Source of the DNA: Macrostomum lignano
Taxonomy: Eukaryota
DNA length: 25,956 nt
Assembly (NCBI GenBank): GCA_002269645.1
Contig: NIVC01002723.1
Coordinates: 1 to 25,956, forward strand
Reading direction: 5' to 3'
Made by a program: the position numbers and the translations under genes
Shown: positions 1-10,430 of the stretch, in pieces
How the letters are laid out: each line of letters opens with the position of its first letter
Numbering within the stretch: the first letter of the stretch is position 1
Notes under the pieces: generated by a model
What the model was told of the DNA's origin: nothing
What the model saw: the letters and a program-made list of their open reading frames with translations, nothing else
Databases searched by the model: none

Positions 1-129
1 GATTTTTAAAATAGAAATAGAACTTTGGGGCGAACTTTTTAATTCTGAACCTACGATTGTTAAATATTAAAGTCAAGTTTATCACTGCACAACTTTTATA
101 GTGTAAAACAAGCATGATAAAAGAACAAC

Positions 130-500
130 CATTGCGGCTTAATTAGCGGTTCAATAACGTCTTTGCTGCGACTACAAATTGGCACAACCATAGGATTGTC
201 CTGCTCTCCAATCCAGAGACCCTTGCTTTCAAAGCGTCCACAACGCGTTGGCGAGCATCGAACCGGGGCAAACCGGAGAACTCGCCGCAATTGTCGGCGA
301 TGCGACCGTCCTCGCCGATGACTGTGATAAAGGCGAGATTGTTACGAATGCCGCATTCAAAATCGTTGGCGTCGTGAGCCGGGGTGATTTTCACCGCGCC
401 TGTGCCGAACTCGCGCTCGACAAAGCTGTCAGCAACGACGCGCATCTCCCGGTCGGGGAAGAACGGATGAACGATACGACGGTCGTGCATGTGCTTGTAT
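130..500 (-). CDS. VARS1: Valyl-tRNA synthetase, third coding exon (editing-domain region); contains a 1-bp frameshift at about 223-229
   Basis: Acceptor CTCCCCCTAG|A at 501/500 completes an AGA codon. Reads [17 protein letters not shown]...[15 protein letters not shown], then one frame over [32 protein letters not shown]. The probable donor TG|GTTGTT at 130/129 is weak, so that boundary is less certain. Confidence 0.9.
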
Positions 501-546
501 CTAGGGGGAGCGGAGAGTTGGTTTCGAATAATTTAATTGCTATTAT

Positions 547-1010
547 CGATACATATCGGCCGAATACATTACATAATGTAATCCAATACGCTGATAAAGT
601 GATTTTCGATACATATCGGCCGATTTTATAATCTAACATAAACGCTGATAAAGTGATTTTGATACATATCGGCCGATTTTACAATCTAATATAAAACATG
701 ATAAAGTGATTTTCGATACATATCGGCCGATTTTACGATGTAATCCAATACGCCTATAAATTAATTTTCGATACATATCGGCTAACTGTACTATATAATG
801 TAACACGCTGATAAAGTGATTTTCTATTCATATCGGCCAATCGACAATCGATCTAGATATGTGATTTTCGATACATATCGGGCAATTTTACCAATGATCT
901 ACTCTGATAATGATTTTTTGATACATAACGGCAAGCTAATTTAAAATGACGCTTTCTAGTACATCATAACCTGTGCAAACAATCTCTATTTTCGATACAT
1001 TCGATACGGC
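547..1010. repeat. Degenerate minisatellite of about 45-60 bp units (about 9 copies) filling ValRS intron 501-1065
   Basis: The core GATACATATCGG, or a close variant, recurs at about 548, 608, 661, 715, 770, 825, 870, 920 and 994, often preceded by GATAAAGTGATTTTC. Confidence 0.9.
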
Positions 1011-1065
1011 AAAATTTCAAACACAATCAACACAATTCTACAAGTAATTAATAACCGCAACCTAC

Positions 1066-1556
1066 CTAGGATCTTCCGGGTGCACAGCCACAGCAGTGTC
1101 GCCCAGCATAGTTTCCGGCCGAGTAGTAGCCACGACAATCTTCTCATCCGAATCTGCTAACGGATAGGCAAAATGGGTGAGCACGCCGAACTCAATGGGC
1201 TGCTCGTAGCCGGGCACGTGAAGCGCTTTCCTGCCAGTCAGTTCCTTCTTTTCCACTTCGATATCGGAGATGGCGCTGCGCAGGGTGCAGGACCAGTTAA
1301 CCAGCCGGTTGGCCCGGTACATCAGGCCCATGCCGTGCATGCGAACGAAGGCTTCAATAACGGCCCGACTCATTTTTGGTTCCATTGTGAATCGAGCCCG
1401 TGACCAATCGCATGAGCAGCCGAGATGACGCAATTGATAATAGATTCGATCGCCTTTCTCGTTGCGATAGCGCCAGATTTCTTGTTCGAATGCTTCCCGG
1501 CCGAGGTCGTGTCGGGTCAGGCCGCGCTCTCGCATCAGCTTCTTTTCCACTACAAC
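1066..1556 (-). CDS. VARS1: Valyl-tRNA synthetase, second coding exon
   Basis: Acceptor GCAG|GTT at 1557/1556. Reads [12 protein letters not shown]...[14 protein letters not shown]...[22 protein letters not shown]...[23 protein letters not shown]. Phase-2 donor AG|GTAGGT at 1066/1065. Confidence 0.95.
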
Positions 1557-1573
1557 CTGCGGCAGTTGGATAT

Positions 1574-2170
1574 TGTGAGAGTGCTCAGACTTTGAGACTA
1601 CTTAGATTATTGACTTGCCGATATTGTGGCAGTGCTCGGATTTTGAGAGTTCTAAGATTGTGGGAACGCTCAGATTGTGAGAGTGCTCAGATTGTGGGAG
1701 GGCTGAGATTATGGAAGTTCTAAGATAATGGGAGGGCCGAGATTGTGGAGTGCTCAGATTGTGAAAGTTCAAAGATGGTGGGAGTGCTCAGATAGTGAGA
1801 GTTCTAAGATTATGGGAGTGCTCAGATTGTGAGAGTTCTAAGATTGTGGGAGTGCTCAGATTGTGAGAGTTCTAAGATTGTGGGAGTGCTCAGATTGTGA
1901 GAGTTCTAAGATTGTGGGAGTGCTCAGATTGTGAGAGTTTTAAGATTGTGGAATGCTCAGACTGTGAGAGTTCTAAGATTGTGAGAGTTCTAAGAGATCG
2001 CGGGAGTGCTGAGATTATGGTAGGGCCGAGATTGAGGATGTGTAGATTTTTAGAGTTCGACTATTGTGGGAGTGCCGAGATTGTGAGAGTGCTCAGGTTG
2101 TGGGAGTGTCAAGCTAATGAGTGCTCAGATTGTGGGAGTGCCGAGATTGTGGGATTGATGAGATTTTAAG
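1574..2170. repeat. 17-bp minisatellite filling ValRS intron 1557-2216
   Basis: Units GATTGTGGGAGTGCTCA and GATTGTGAGAGTTCTAA alternate regularly at about 1795-1945 and decay toward both edges. Confidence 0.92.
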
Positions 2171-2216
2171 AGTTGATGAAACTGTGGGATCTGAAATGGC
2201 ACCAGCCAACACAAAC

Positions 2217-2737
2217 CTGCGTAGCAATGCCAGCGTGATCGCATCCGGGATTCCACAGGGTGGTCTCACCCCGCATCCGGTGCCACCTAGTTAGGGTGTC
2301 CTCAATAGCGCTAGTCAACGCGTGGCCAATATGCAGGCCAGCTGTGACATTCGGCGGCGGAATCACCATCATAAATATACCTCTGGATTTGGTTTAGTAA
2401 AATCTGGCTGTTGATATTCGGGCTTGAAGAAGCCTTTAGATTCCCACCATTCGTACCAGGCAGATTCAACATAGCGAGGCTCATAGGCCTCTGGTAGGGG
2501 ACAGGCTGTGTTCTTACGCTGCCCGGGCTCGTGCTCCCACTTGTACTCAGCTGGACCAGTTGGCTTCTCTGGCTTGCCAGCTTTCTTCTTTTTTGATTGC
2601 TTTTGTCCATCAGCAGCTGCTGCAGCGGCTTTCTGCTGCTCCTCTAACTGCTTCTTGGCTTGAAACTTGGCCAATTTGGCTGCTTTTTCAGCCTCCTTCT
2701 TTTGCTTCTTTTTGTCAGCTTTCTCTTTGTCAGCCAT
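2217..2737 (-). CDS. VARS1: Valyl-tRNA synthetase (cytosolic type), first coding exon; contains a 1-bp frameshift at about 2380
   Basis: The ATG at 2737 is in accATGG context. It is followed by a Lys-rich N-terminal extension, then [24 protein letters not shown]. One frame over come [19 protein letters not shown] (class I HIGH motif) and [14 protein letters not shown]. The exon ends at a phase-0 donor CAG|GTTTGT at 2217/2216. Confidence 0.93.
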
Positions 2738-4116
2738 GGTATTTCTTGTTCAAACTAATGATTGTAGCAAAAATTGTTGTTTTATTCTTGCATCAAAAGA
2801 GAATTGATCATTTCCAGTTTTAGGAAAAATTAAATTTCAAGTTAACCAGCTTGAATTGTAGTCATGCATGTTCAACTTTCTGAATTTTACCTGGCTGGTG
2901 CAACATAGTTCTTCATCAAACTGCAATATACATCCATCTGTCGAGATTTTTTGCAATATTGCTTTTCTCTGCTTGTAATTCAAGTTTTTTCTCTTTCTTG
3001 CCTCAACCATTTAATGCCTTTTTTAATTTATTTGTTTCTGTGATCATAAGTTTTTTTCCTTAACTTTCCTATATTTTTTCTTTGTTTTATAGATTTAATA
3101 TTCAAGCTCTTGTCTTGTGAACAACATTTAAAAAAGTTTAGTGCTTGATTGTTTAATTATATACCTACTTGCCTTGGCTGGCATATCAACCAGCTGATGA
3201 TATCTAGATACCAATAGTGTTTCATTGTAAATTATCACTATGGCTCTTATAATCCTATAAAAAATTTAGAAAAATAGGTATTTATACTATTTTAGTAAAA
3301 TAAATGCTATTTTTATTAAAAAAAGAGTCATTTATAAACAACTTTTTATATTTACAAGCACACTCTTAGCTTTTTTTAATTGTAAAATTTATACAAAAGA
3401 CAAAGAAAATACAAGTTATATTAAAAAGACAATTTTTCTATTTAAAAAATAATGCATATTGATTTTTTATCAACTATCTTATTATTTATAAAAAATTATT
3501 TTACCATTGAAAATTTCATTTTATATAGTTACATTCATATGAGCTAATAATATTAGATCTTTAGAAACTAAAGTATAAAAAATATATATTTAATATTAAG
3601 GTCATTCTTTATTGCTAAATTATCAGTTATAGTCAATAATTGTAAAGCAAAAAGTATCTGTACTATTAATTAGTATTGGAATATCTTATATTCTACTATT
3701 AGGCCCTAATAAATGCATTAGGAATTTGTAAAAAGTGTTTTAAGACTCTAATGTCTGTAAAAGGCTTCACTTTTAGTAGATCAAATTTCTTTAAAAAATA
3801 ATTTCAAAATTGCATTATTTTGTTATATCATACACATATTTGAAATATTTTATATATTTTGTATATTTTATATGTTGTTATGATTAAAAAAGTAAGCAAA
3901 AAGTTTATTATAAAATAGAAGCCAACTGAAAGCCTAACCAAATAAACTGTTAAATGATAACTATTCTTGTAAATTGCAGTTCTTTCAAGCATGCTAATAA
4001 TTTCTCCAGTTGTTTGTTCTTTTTAGAGACAAAATTCAATTAGCCTCAGGGCTAGTATTCACTCTTATGTTACTTCTTTTGAATAGTAGATAGCAACCTA
4101 AAAAGAGCACCAAAAA

Positions 4117-4188
4117 GGGATTTGATCCATTCTTTAGAATCTAGCAACTTGCCTTAGAAGGCAGAACATCTACCAAAAGGGTAGACTA
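4117..4188 (-). mobile_element. Possible decayed tRNA-derived SINE head
   Basis: The minus strand reads TAGTCTACCCTTTTGGTAGATGTTCTGCCTTCTAAGGC...GGATCAAATCCC, resembling RNA polymerase III A and B boxes. No complete cloverleaf. Confidence 0.3.
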
Positions 4189-5508
4189 ATCTAGATATAT
4201 AGTCTAAAAACTTTGCCCTAGGGCAGTAAACTTAGCAAAGTGTAAGCCATGATCCTCTAATCCCAGGAATGCCCAAGACTGAAAGAAAACTCTTTAGAGG
4301 AATAGAATAAGGGGATATATATAAGAATAGAGTAGACAGTACCATAGGATTATTCAGGCCAATAAATATTTATATATGCTACTAGTAGATAAACACATGC
4401 TACCAATAGATAAATATATATGCTACCAAAGGATAAATACATGAAAGAAGTACATAAATATTAAGATAAATAACAACTTTAGCATTAATAACAATAGGAT
4501 TACTCTAGAAGGCAGAAGTAACCCCTGTCCTCTATATCAACTTAGGGCCTAGTGATAGCAATGAGATCATTTTATAGGATAGAACCATAACACATTAACA
4601 TTTATAACATCTTTTTTTCTTGTCTTGAATAATCTTGGGTTTTTACAAAAACTTGGGAAATTATTTTTAAATTATAAAAAAACCAAAACAATTTAGTATT
4701 TTAGAGTACTAATGTATATCAAACATGAAAATTTTGTTTTTTTGCTTTTTTAATTTCAATCAATTTTTGTGTCTATCATGAAAAAAAACAATCTACAATT
4801 GTTTAGCTTTCATATACTAATATAGTATCAAAATTTTCTCATTTACTTCAGTGGCGCGTCCAAGGGGGGGCCAGGGAGGGCCTGGGCCCCCTTGTTAGGC
4901 CATAGGCCCCCCTGTGGCCCCCCCACTTTCAGTTCTGACTTCTGAACGTCGAATTTTTTCAAAAAAAATTGAAAAACCTTTTTATAATTTTAATTTTAGA
5001 AACAATACTACTATACTAGAAGTTTTTACACGAGCATAACTTTACATGGGTACATATTCTTTACTCTCTGATCTGATAGTATGGCAAATTTCGTTTCGTT
5101 TGTTTTTATAGTATCTGTCGGTGTTTTTGGTTTTGTCTAACTTTAATTATAAAGTGCATTGCCTCTCAGACTTTATTGTTTTTATCTAACTGTTCAGTCT
5201 ATATGGCTGTATCCTTCCAACCCCCAACCCCCTCCCCACGCGTATAGCCTAACACTTGCACTGGGACAGGGAAAGGAGGGATAGGACAGACAGAAAGGGA
5301 AGGGAGAAGCGTGCTGATAAATGTACATTTGGACAGGGACAAAGAGTTAAACCATCATACATTCAGGCAGTGTGTAAAAGACTACAGAGCATTGCCCCTC
5401 TGCCCCTTAAGATTTAAGTCACACTTTAGCTACTGCTCTCTTAAGTCTTAAGGTTCAAAAAAACGGAAATGTATTTTTAAGAATTGAATTAAAGAAGCCT
5501 GGCCAACA

Positions 5509-8130
5509 ATGCAGAGGCCTGATATTCGAAGTTTTTTAAAAAGACCTAGCTCAGACCCGCGAGAAGATGATGAAGGTCCAGGCGAAAAAACTGATAGCCA
5601 GGCGAAAAGGCATAAGGATCAACCAAGTGCCATCTCTACGATTGCGGATCAGGAGTCTGAACAGGATGCTCAACTGACTGGCTCTGAAACAAATTTTCCT
5701 GGCACTCCTGTTCTAGTTGAGACAGCTACCGCTGCCACTGCCACAGAGTCAGCCTCAGACAGTAGAACAATTGAGCAACCTTCTTCGAAGGCCCTATGTG
5801 ATATTTCCCAGAATAAGGACGATCCACCCTGTCAGCCATTTTTGCGGAACTACCCAAAATCAGTTGGAACTTCAGGCAGTAAGTCGACAGTTATTTATAT
5901 AATACTGTTTGTGCTAATGGTTACTAGTGGCTAGTGCTAGTGGCTAAGGCTAGCTATACTGATATAGACGTATTTTTTAAAAGTTTGTAAAAATCAATGT
6001 AAAAATTTGTAAAAATCCTCCACAGGAACGGATAAGGCAAAGCAAAAGTCCCGTTCATTTCAATTCTCGTGGTTTGAGACTTACAAGTGGCTTGAGTATT
6101 TGCAAATGAAGGATTCTGCTTTTTGCTTTCCCTGCCGCCACTTCGCGCCTCCATCTATGCAAGAAGAGCCATCTTTTACTACTCAGGGATTCCGCAACTG
6201 GAAAAATGCTCAGTGTCAGGATGCAGGCTTTAAAAAGCATGCCCGCTCTCATTGCCACAGTTTAGCAATGCAAGCATGGTGTGACTACAAAGTAATGAAA
6301 GACACTGAAGGAACTGTATTGAAACAGCTTGATGCTACGTACAAAGCTAAGGTAGCTGAGAACAGGCACTTCATTAAGTGTGTAGGAGAAGTATTACTTC
6401 TTACAGCAACTCAAAACATCGCCCAAAGGGGGCATCGCGAAAATGATGAGCAAGTAAATCCTGGAAACTTCAAAGTATTATTGAAGCTGATTGGCAGACA
6501 TGACGAAATAATAAAGAAGATATCTGAACAGAAGAAGAATGCAAAGTACACGAGTGACACAATTCAAAATGAAGTTATTAACATTCTGGCAGACATGGTC
6601 CGTGATGTTGTTGTAAACGACATCCAAGAAGCCAAATATTTTTCTGTGATTGTAGATGAGGCCAAGGATATATCTAAGGTTGAAATGATCTCCTTAATCA
6701 TTTGTTTCTACAAGCATTCAGAAGGAGTGCAGGAAGTCTTTATGGAATTTAAACCTGCTTCAGGACTATCTGCCCAATCACTTGCTAACTCACTAGTAGA
6801 AAGCCTTCAGAAATATGGCCTAGACACCGATTTCTAGTTGGCCAAGGCTATGATGGAGCCTCAGTGATGAGCGGAGTTCATAATGGGCTCCAAAAGCTGA
6901 TTTGAGACAAGTCGGAACTCGCAATTTACATACACTGCTATGCACACTGCCTGAATCTATGTCTTGTTGATGCTTGCAAATCAGTGCCCTAGATTGAGGA
7001 CTTCTTTTCTCTTGTGCAGAAGCTCTACTGTTTTATGTCAAACTTAGTTGTTCATCCTCAGTTTATTGACCACCAGAAGAAACTCTATCTTGGAAAGCCA
7101 GCCTTAGAGCTTCAGCGCCTCTCAGACACGAGATGGGCCTGCAGAGAGAAGGCGTGCAACAATATTCTTAATCGTATTGGCGCGATTCTCTCCGTTTTAA
7201 AAGAAATTAAGGAGCAGGACTCCGGAGATCGTGTTGTTGAAGCCACTGGAATTTTAGCTCAGTTGACCCGAAGCTTCGTACTAAGGCTAGTTCTTATGTG
7301 CGAAATTCTGACTCGCACAAAGGCACTATCGGATTTCCTTCAACAAAAAGATTTAGACCTTGCTTCTGCTGTTGATTTGGCACAGTCAACAATCACCAAA
7401 TTCCAAACTTTGCGCGACAGCAACGAATTCTTAGAGAAAGTATTTCTGGACTCCCAGCAGTTAGGTAATGAGTGGAATATACCTGAGCCAGAACCAAACA
7501 GACAAACAAAACGCCCAAATAAGCGCTTCGATCAGTTTGTAACTTTTGAAAGGGATCATGTCGCTCAGCGCAACTCTGAATCTGGAGCAAACGATTTCGA
7601 ATTAATGTATATCTATCGGTGATCGACTGCCTATTGTCGGAAATGCGACAAAGATTTGACCATGAAACAGCTGTTCTCTTTAAGGGAATTGGTTCTTAAA
7701 GCCAAACTCGGACTGTTTTTTGGACGCTTCACAGCTGGAGGATTTAGGAGGCCTATTCAAATGTGACCAAGAGTTCCTGAAACTTGAGGTAATTCAAGTA
7801 AAGCGTCTGATTGAGAGAAAGGGCAATGGCAGCTTGACTGATTTAAAAGCATTTGCTGAGATGTTGCACCCATTCAGAGAGGTTTTCCCTGAGTTGTACA
7901 AGCTTCTCATCATATGCTTGACTATTCCAGTAACAACAGCATCAGCGGAGCGCAGTTTTTCGAAAATGCGCCTGATCAAGACGTACTTGAGAAGTCGAAT
8001 GTCATCTTCTTGACTTTCGAATCTGGCTCTTTTGTCGATTGAAAACGAGCGAGCATCAATAATTGATCTTGACTGTTTTGTTGATGAATTTGCGTCTGCC
8101 CATTCTAATAGGCGAATAAGTCTAACATAA
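5509..8130 (+). pseudogene. Interrupted hAT transposase: two exons (5509-5878, 6026-8130), 3 frameshifts, 3 nonsense codons
   Basis: Motifs found: TTF-type zinc finger region (WLEY...AFCFPCRHF), QNIAQRGHRE, DDE residues in YFSVIVDEAKDIS, GQGYDGAS and TTASAERSFS, CxxH in HCYAH, SDTRW, and C-terminal dimerisation region IKTYLRSRMS..LSNLALLSIE. The GTAAGT...CACAG intron at 5879-6025 joins in frame. Frameshifts at about 6832, 7597 and 7696. Stops at 6903, 6990 and 8011. Confidence 0.92.
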
Positions 8131-8831
8131 TTTTATGACTTATTTTGCTCGCTAAGACAATTTACATTTGCTACGGCCACTTGACTAATGTATGTACATG
8201 TATAGTATTACAGTATATGTATGTTGCTTTTACGTTTTTATTCTGTACATACTTCATTTATGTACGTTACATTACTTGTCATTTTTCACTTCATTGTCAT
8301 TGCTACTAATTGCTACCTGTTTCATGTATCGTTCAAAGGTATACGAATGTACGTGTGTATACACATTGATCGAATTGGCTGATTTGTTTTAAATTATGTA
8401 TATATATTAAATAATATGTATATATGCATGCATTCATGTTAAGGTCTGTTGTTATGTTATGTACCGGTATGGTGATTGTGATGAAGTGGGTGGTAAAGTG
8501 TTATTGTAAATTCATATTCAAGTTCATTCTACGCTGACGTGTTTTCACTAAACCTATCATCGATCATCAAATGTACTTTATGCACCATGCATGCATACTC
8601 AGCAAGACAAGTGTCCCCATCCGTTTCTTAGGAGAATTTTGTCTCTCAGTTGAGTGGCGAATTAATCCAACAGTTCGACCATAGACAAATTACAATTACA
8701 AAAACTGTCTATCCATAGATATCTAGCTTAGATTTCTATGGTCTGGTCTATCAGACTCTATCTCGATGTATCTCAATGCGCATACATGTATCAGAATAAA
8801 TGTCTGTGGCCCAGAGTCTCCAATTTGTCAC

Positions 8832-8868
8832 CAAGGACAACTTGATAACTGTTATCAAGTTGTCCTTG
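8832..8868. mobile_element. 37-bp perfect palindrome flanked by an 8-bp direct repeat; candidate minimal or collapsed hAT-type insertion nested in the large element
   Basis: CAAGGACAACTTGATAAC-T-GTTATCAAGTTGTCCTTG (18-bp arms, 1-nt spacer). TTTGTCAC lies immediately on both sides (8824-8831 and 8869-8876). Confidence 0.75.
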
Positions 8869-10084
8869 TTTGTCACTCAAACAGAGAGATGAAATTCTGT
8901 CAAGAGAAGTGTGGAAAATTTTGTCTTGCTGGGTATATATCTATTATTAATGAGGTCATTGAAGAATGCATAAAAATTTTAAACGTCGGCATTTCTTATT
9001 TTTTATAATAATGAAGGTTCAATGTGTAGTAAATGCATGAAATCTTCCAAAGGAGTAACCAACGGAGTTTTTTGACGAGAATCTGCTGGAAAAAGTAACA
9101 TGCATGCATTTGTGTTTAAAGTCTTCCAATTACAAAACTAAACAACTTGACAAAGCAAAAAATATTCAAAAGCATTTTCTTGGGCAAAAAAAACAAGAAC
9201 CATTTAGTGATTTAGAATGTTCGTTTTTCTTAAATTAACTAAACAATTGCAATCATTCATTGCGAGGTATTTTTGGATGTCATTTTTGCTTTTCGATGAA
9301 AATTTTCTCTTACAATACTTGTAATTAAAAAATGTACACTCTATTCGAGATGTTGCCCTTTCAGTTTTTACTGGGCCCCAACTGGGCCCCCCCATCCTGA
9401 AACCTCTCGACGCGCCCCTGATTTACTTTGATTATAAGCAAGCAACAAGCTTTGTGGCAAAGTGCTATCAAATTGTTTTATGTGATGATGCCTCTAATTT
9501 TTAAGACAATCTAATTACAATTTGAGATTAGATTAGCAACAGTTTACTACATATAAGTAACAATCCAATGCCAAGGCCACATCTATTATAAGCTAGGAAG
9601 TGGTTGCCCACAATCTGCTTAGGCCTACATTGCTAAGACAATTGCTATTGTGAAAGCCATGATTTGCCATGATCCTTGGACTTGGCAGCTGAGCATAGAA
9701 TGGTGCCAATATCTGTCAATGCATAGACTAGTAAAGGCTGACTGGTACTGGCACTCTGTGGTTTGCAAGACTTAGCCACTTGTCATTAAGGTACAGTTGT
9801 ACAAAAGGTAAAGCAAGTTTAACAATATGATTTTAGTTTAACAAGTTGATTTGTTAGTTTAACATGTTGTTTTAGTTCTAGTTTAACAAGATGATTTGTT
9901 AAACTAGATCAAAGACTATGATTCTAGTTAGACTATTGTCTTTTAGATAAGACAAGATTTTCATTTTTAGTATATGGACTAGCAATCTTTGCCCCCCAAT
10001 GGGGGACATCTGGATAGAATATTTGTTTTCTTTACAAGTAACAAATAGACAACAAAAAAATAACAGACATTTCCTCCAAAAAAC

Positions 10085-10430
10085 ATCCCAAGACAGCAAG
10101 CATCTCCAGACAGCATGCAAGCATCTCCCAGATAGCAAGGATATCTCAGATAGCAAGCATCCCCCAAATAGCAAACATCCCCCAGATAGCAAGCATCCCC
10201 AGATAGCAAGCCCTTCTACCCCAAATACAATAGCAAGCACCCCCAAATACAATCTCAAGAGCATGTTCCAGATAGCAAGCATCACCCAGATAGCAACCCC
10301 TCTCCAAAAATAGCAAGTACCCCTCCCCAAAAATAGCAAGTACCCCTCCCCTCTAAGAGCAAGCTTCTTGCCTCCCTAATATCAAGCATCCCCAGATAGC
10401 ATGCAAGCATACCCCAGATAGCAAGAATCA
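10085..10430. repeat. Degenerate minisatellite of about 18-22 bp units (CAGATAGCAAGCATCCCC)
   Basis: AGATAGCAAGCATCCCC and variants recur throughout. The array runs directly into the 23-bp array. Confidence 0.85.

Larger units (their letters stand above)
4849..9420 (+). mobile_element. Full-length hAT DNA transposon, Tip100/ZMYM1-like group, 4572 bp
   Basis: Left end CAGTGGCGCGTC (4849) and right end, reverse-complemented, CAGGGGCGCGTC (ending 9420) match at 11/12 positions. Perfect 8-bp TSD ATTTACTT at 4841-4848 and 9421-9428. Subterminal GGGCCCC-type motifs occur at both ends. Encodes a hAT transposase. Confidence 0.95.

Noticed and set aside
248-1723. Plus-strand ORFs 248-631, 1173-1403 and 1400-1723
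   Set aside because: They are antisense shadows of ValRS exons or run into intronic repeats, with no recognisable protein features.
220-2385. Programmed -1 ribosomal frameshifting in ValRS
   Set aside because: Neither site has a canonical X XXY YYZ slippery heptamer. The same indel signature in the transposase favours sequencing error.
9878-9907. 12-bp perfect hairpin CTAGTTTAACAA/TTGTTAAACTAG
   Set aside because: It lies in a short AT-rich tandem repeat of about 20-bp units, has no TSD, and there is no evidence of function.
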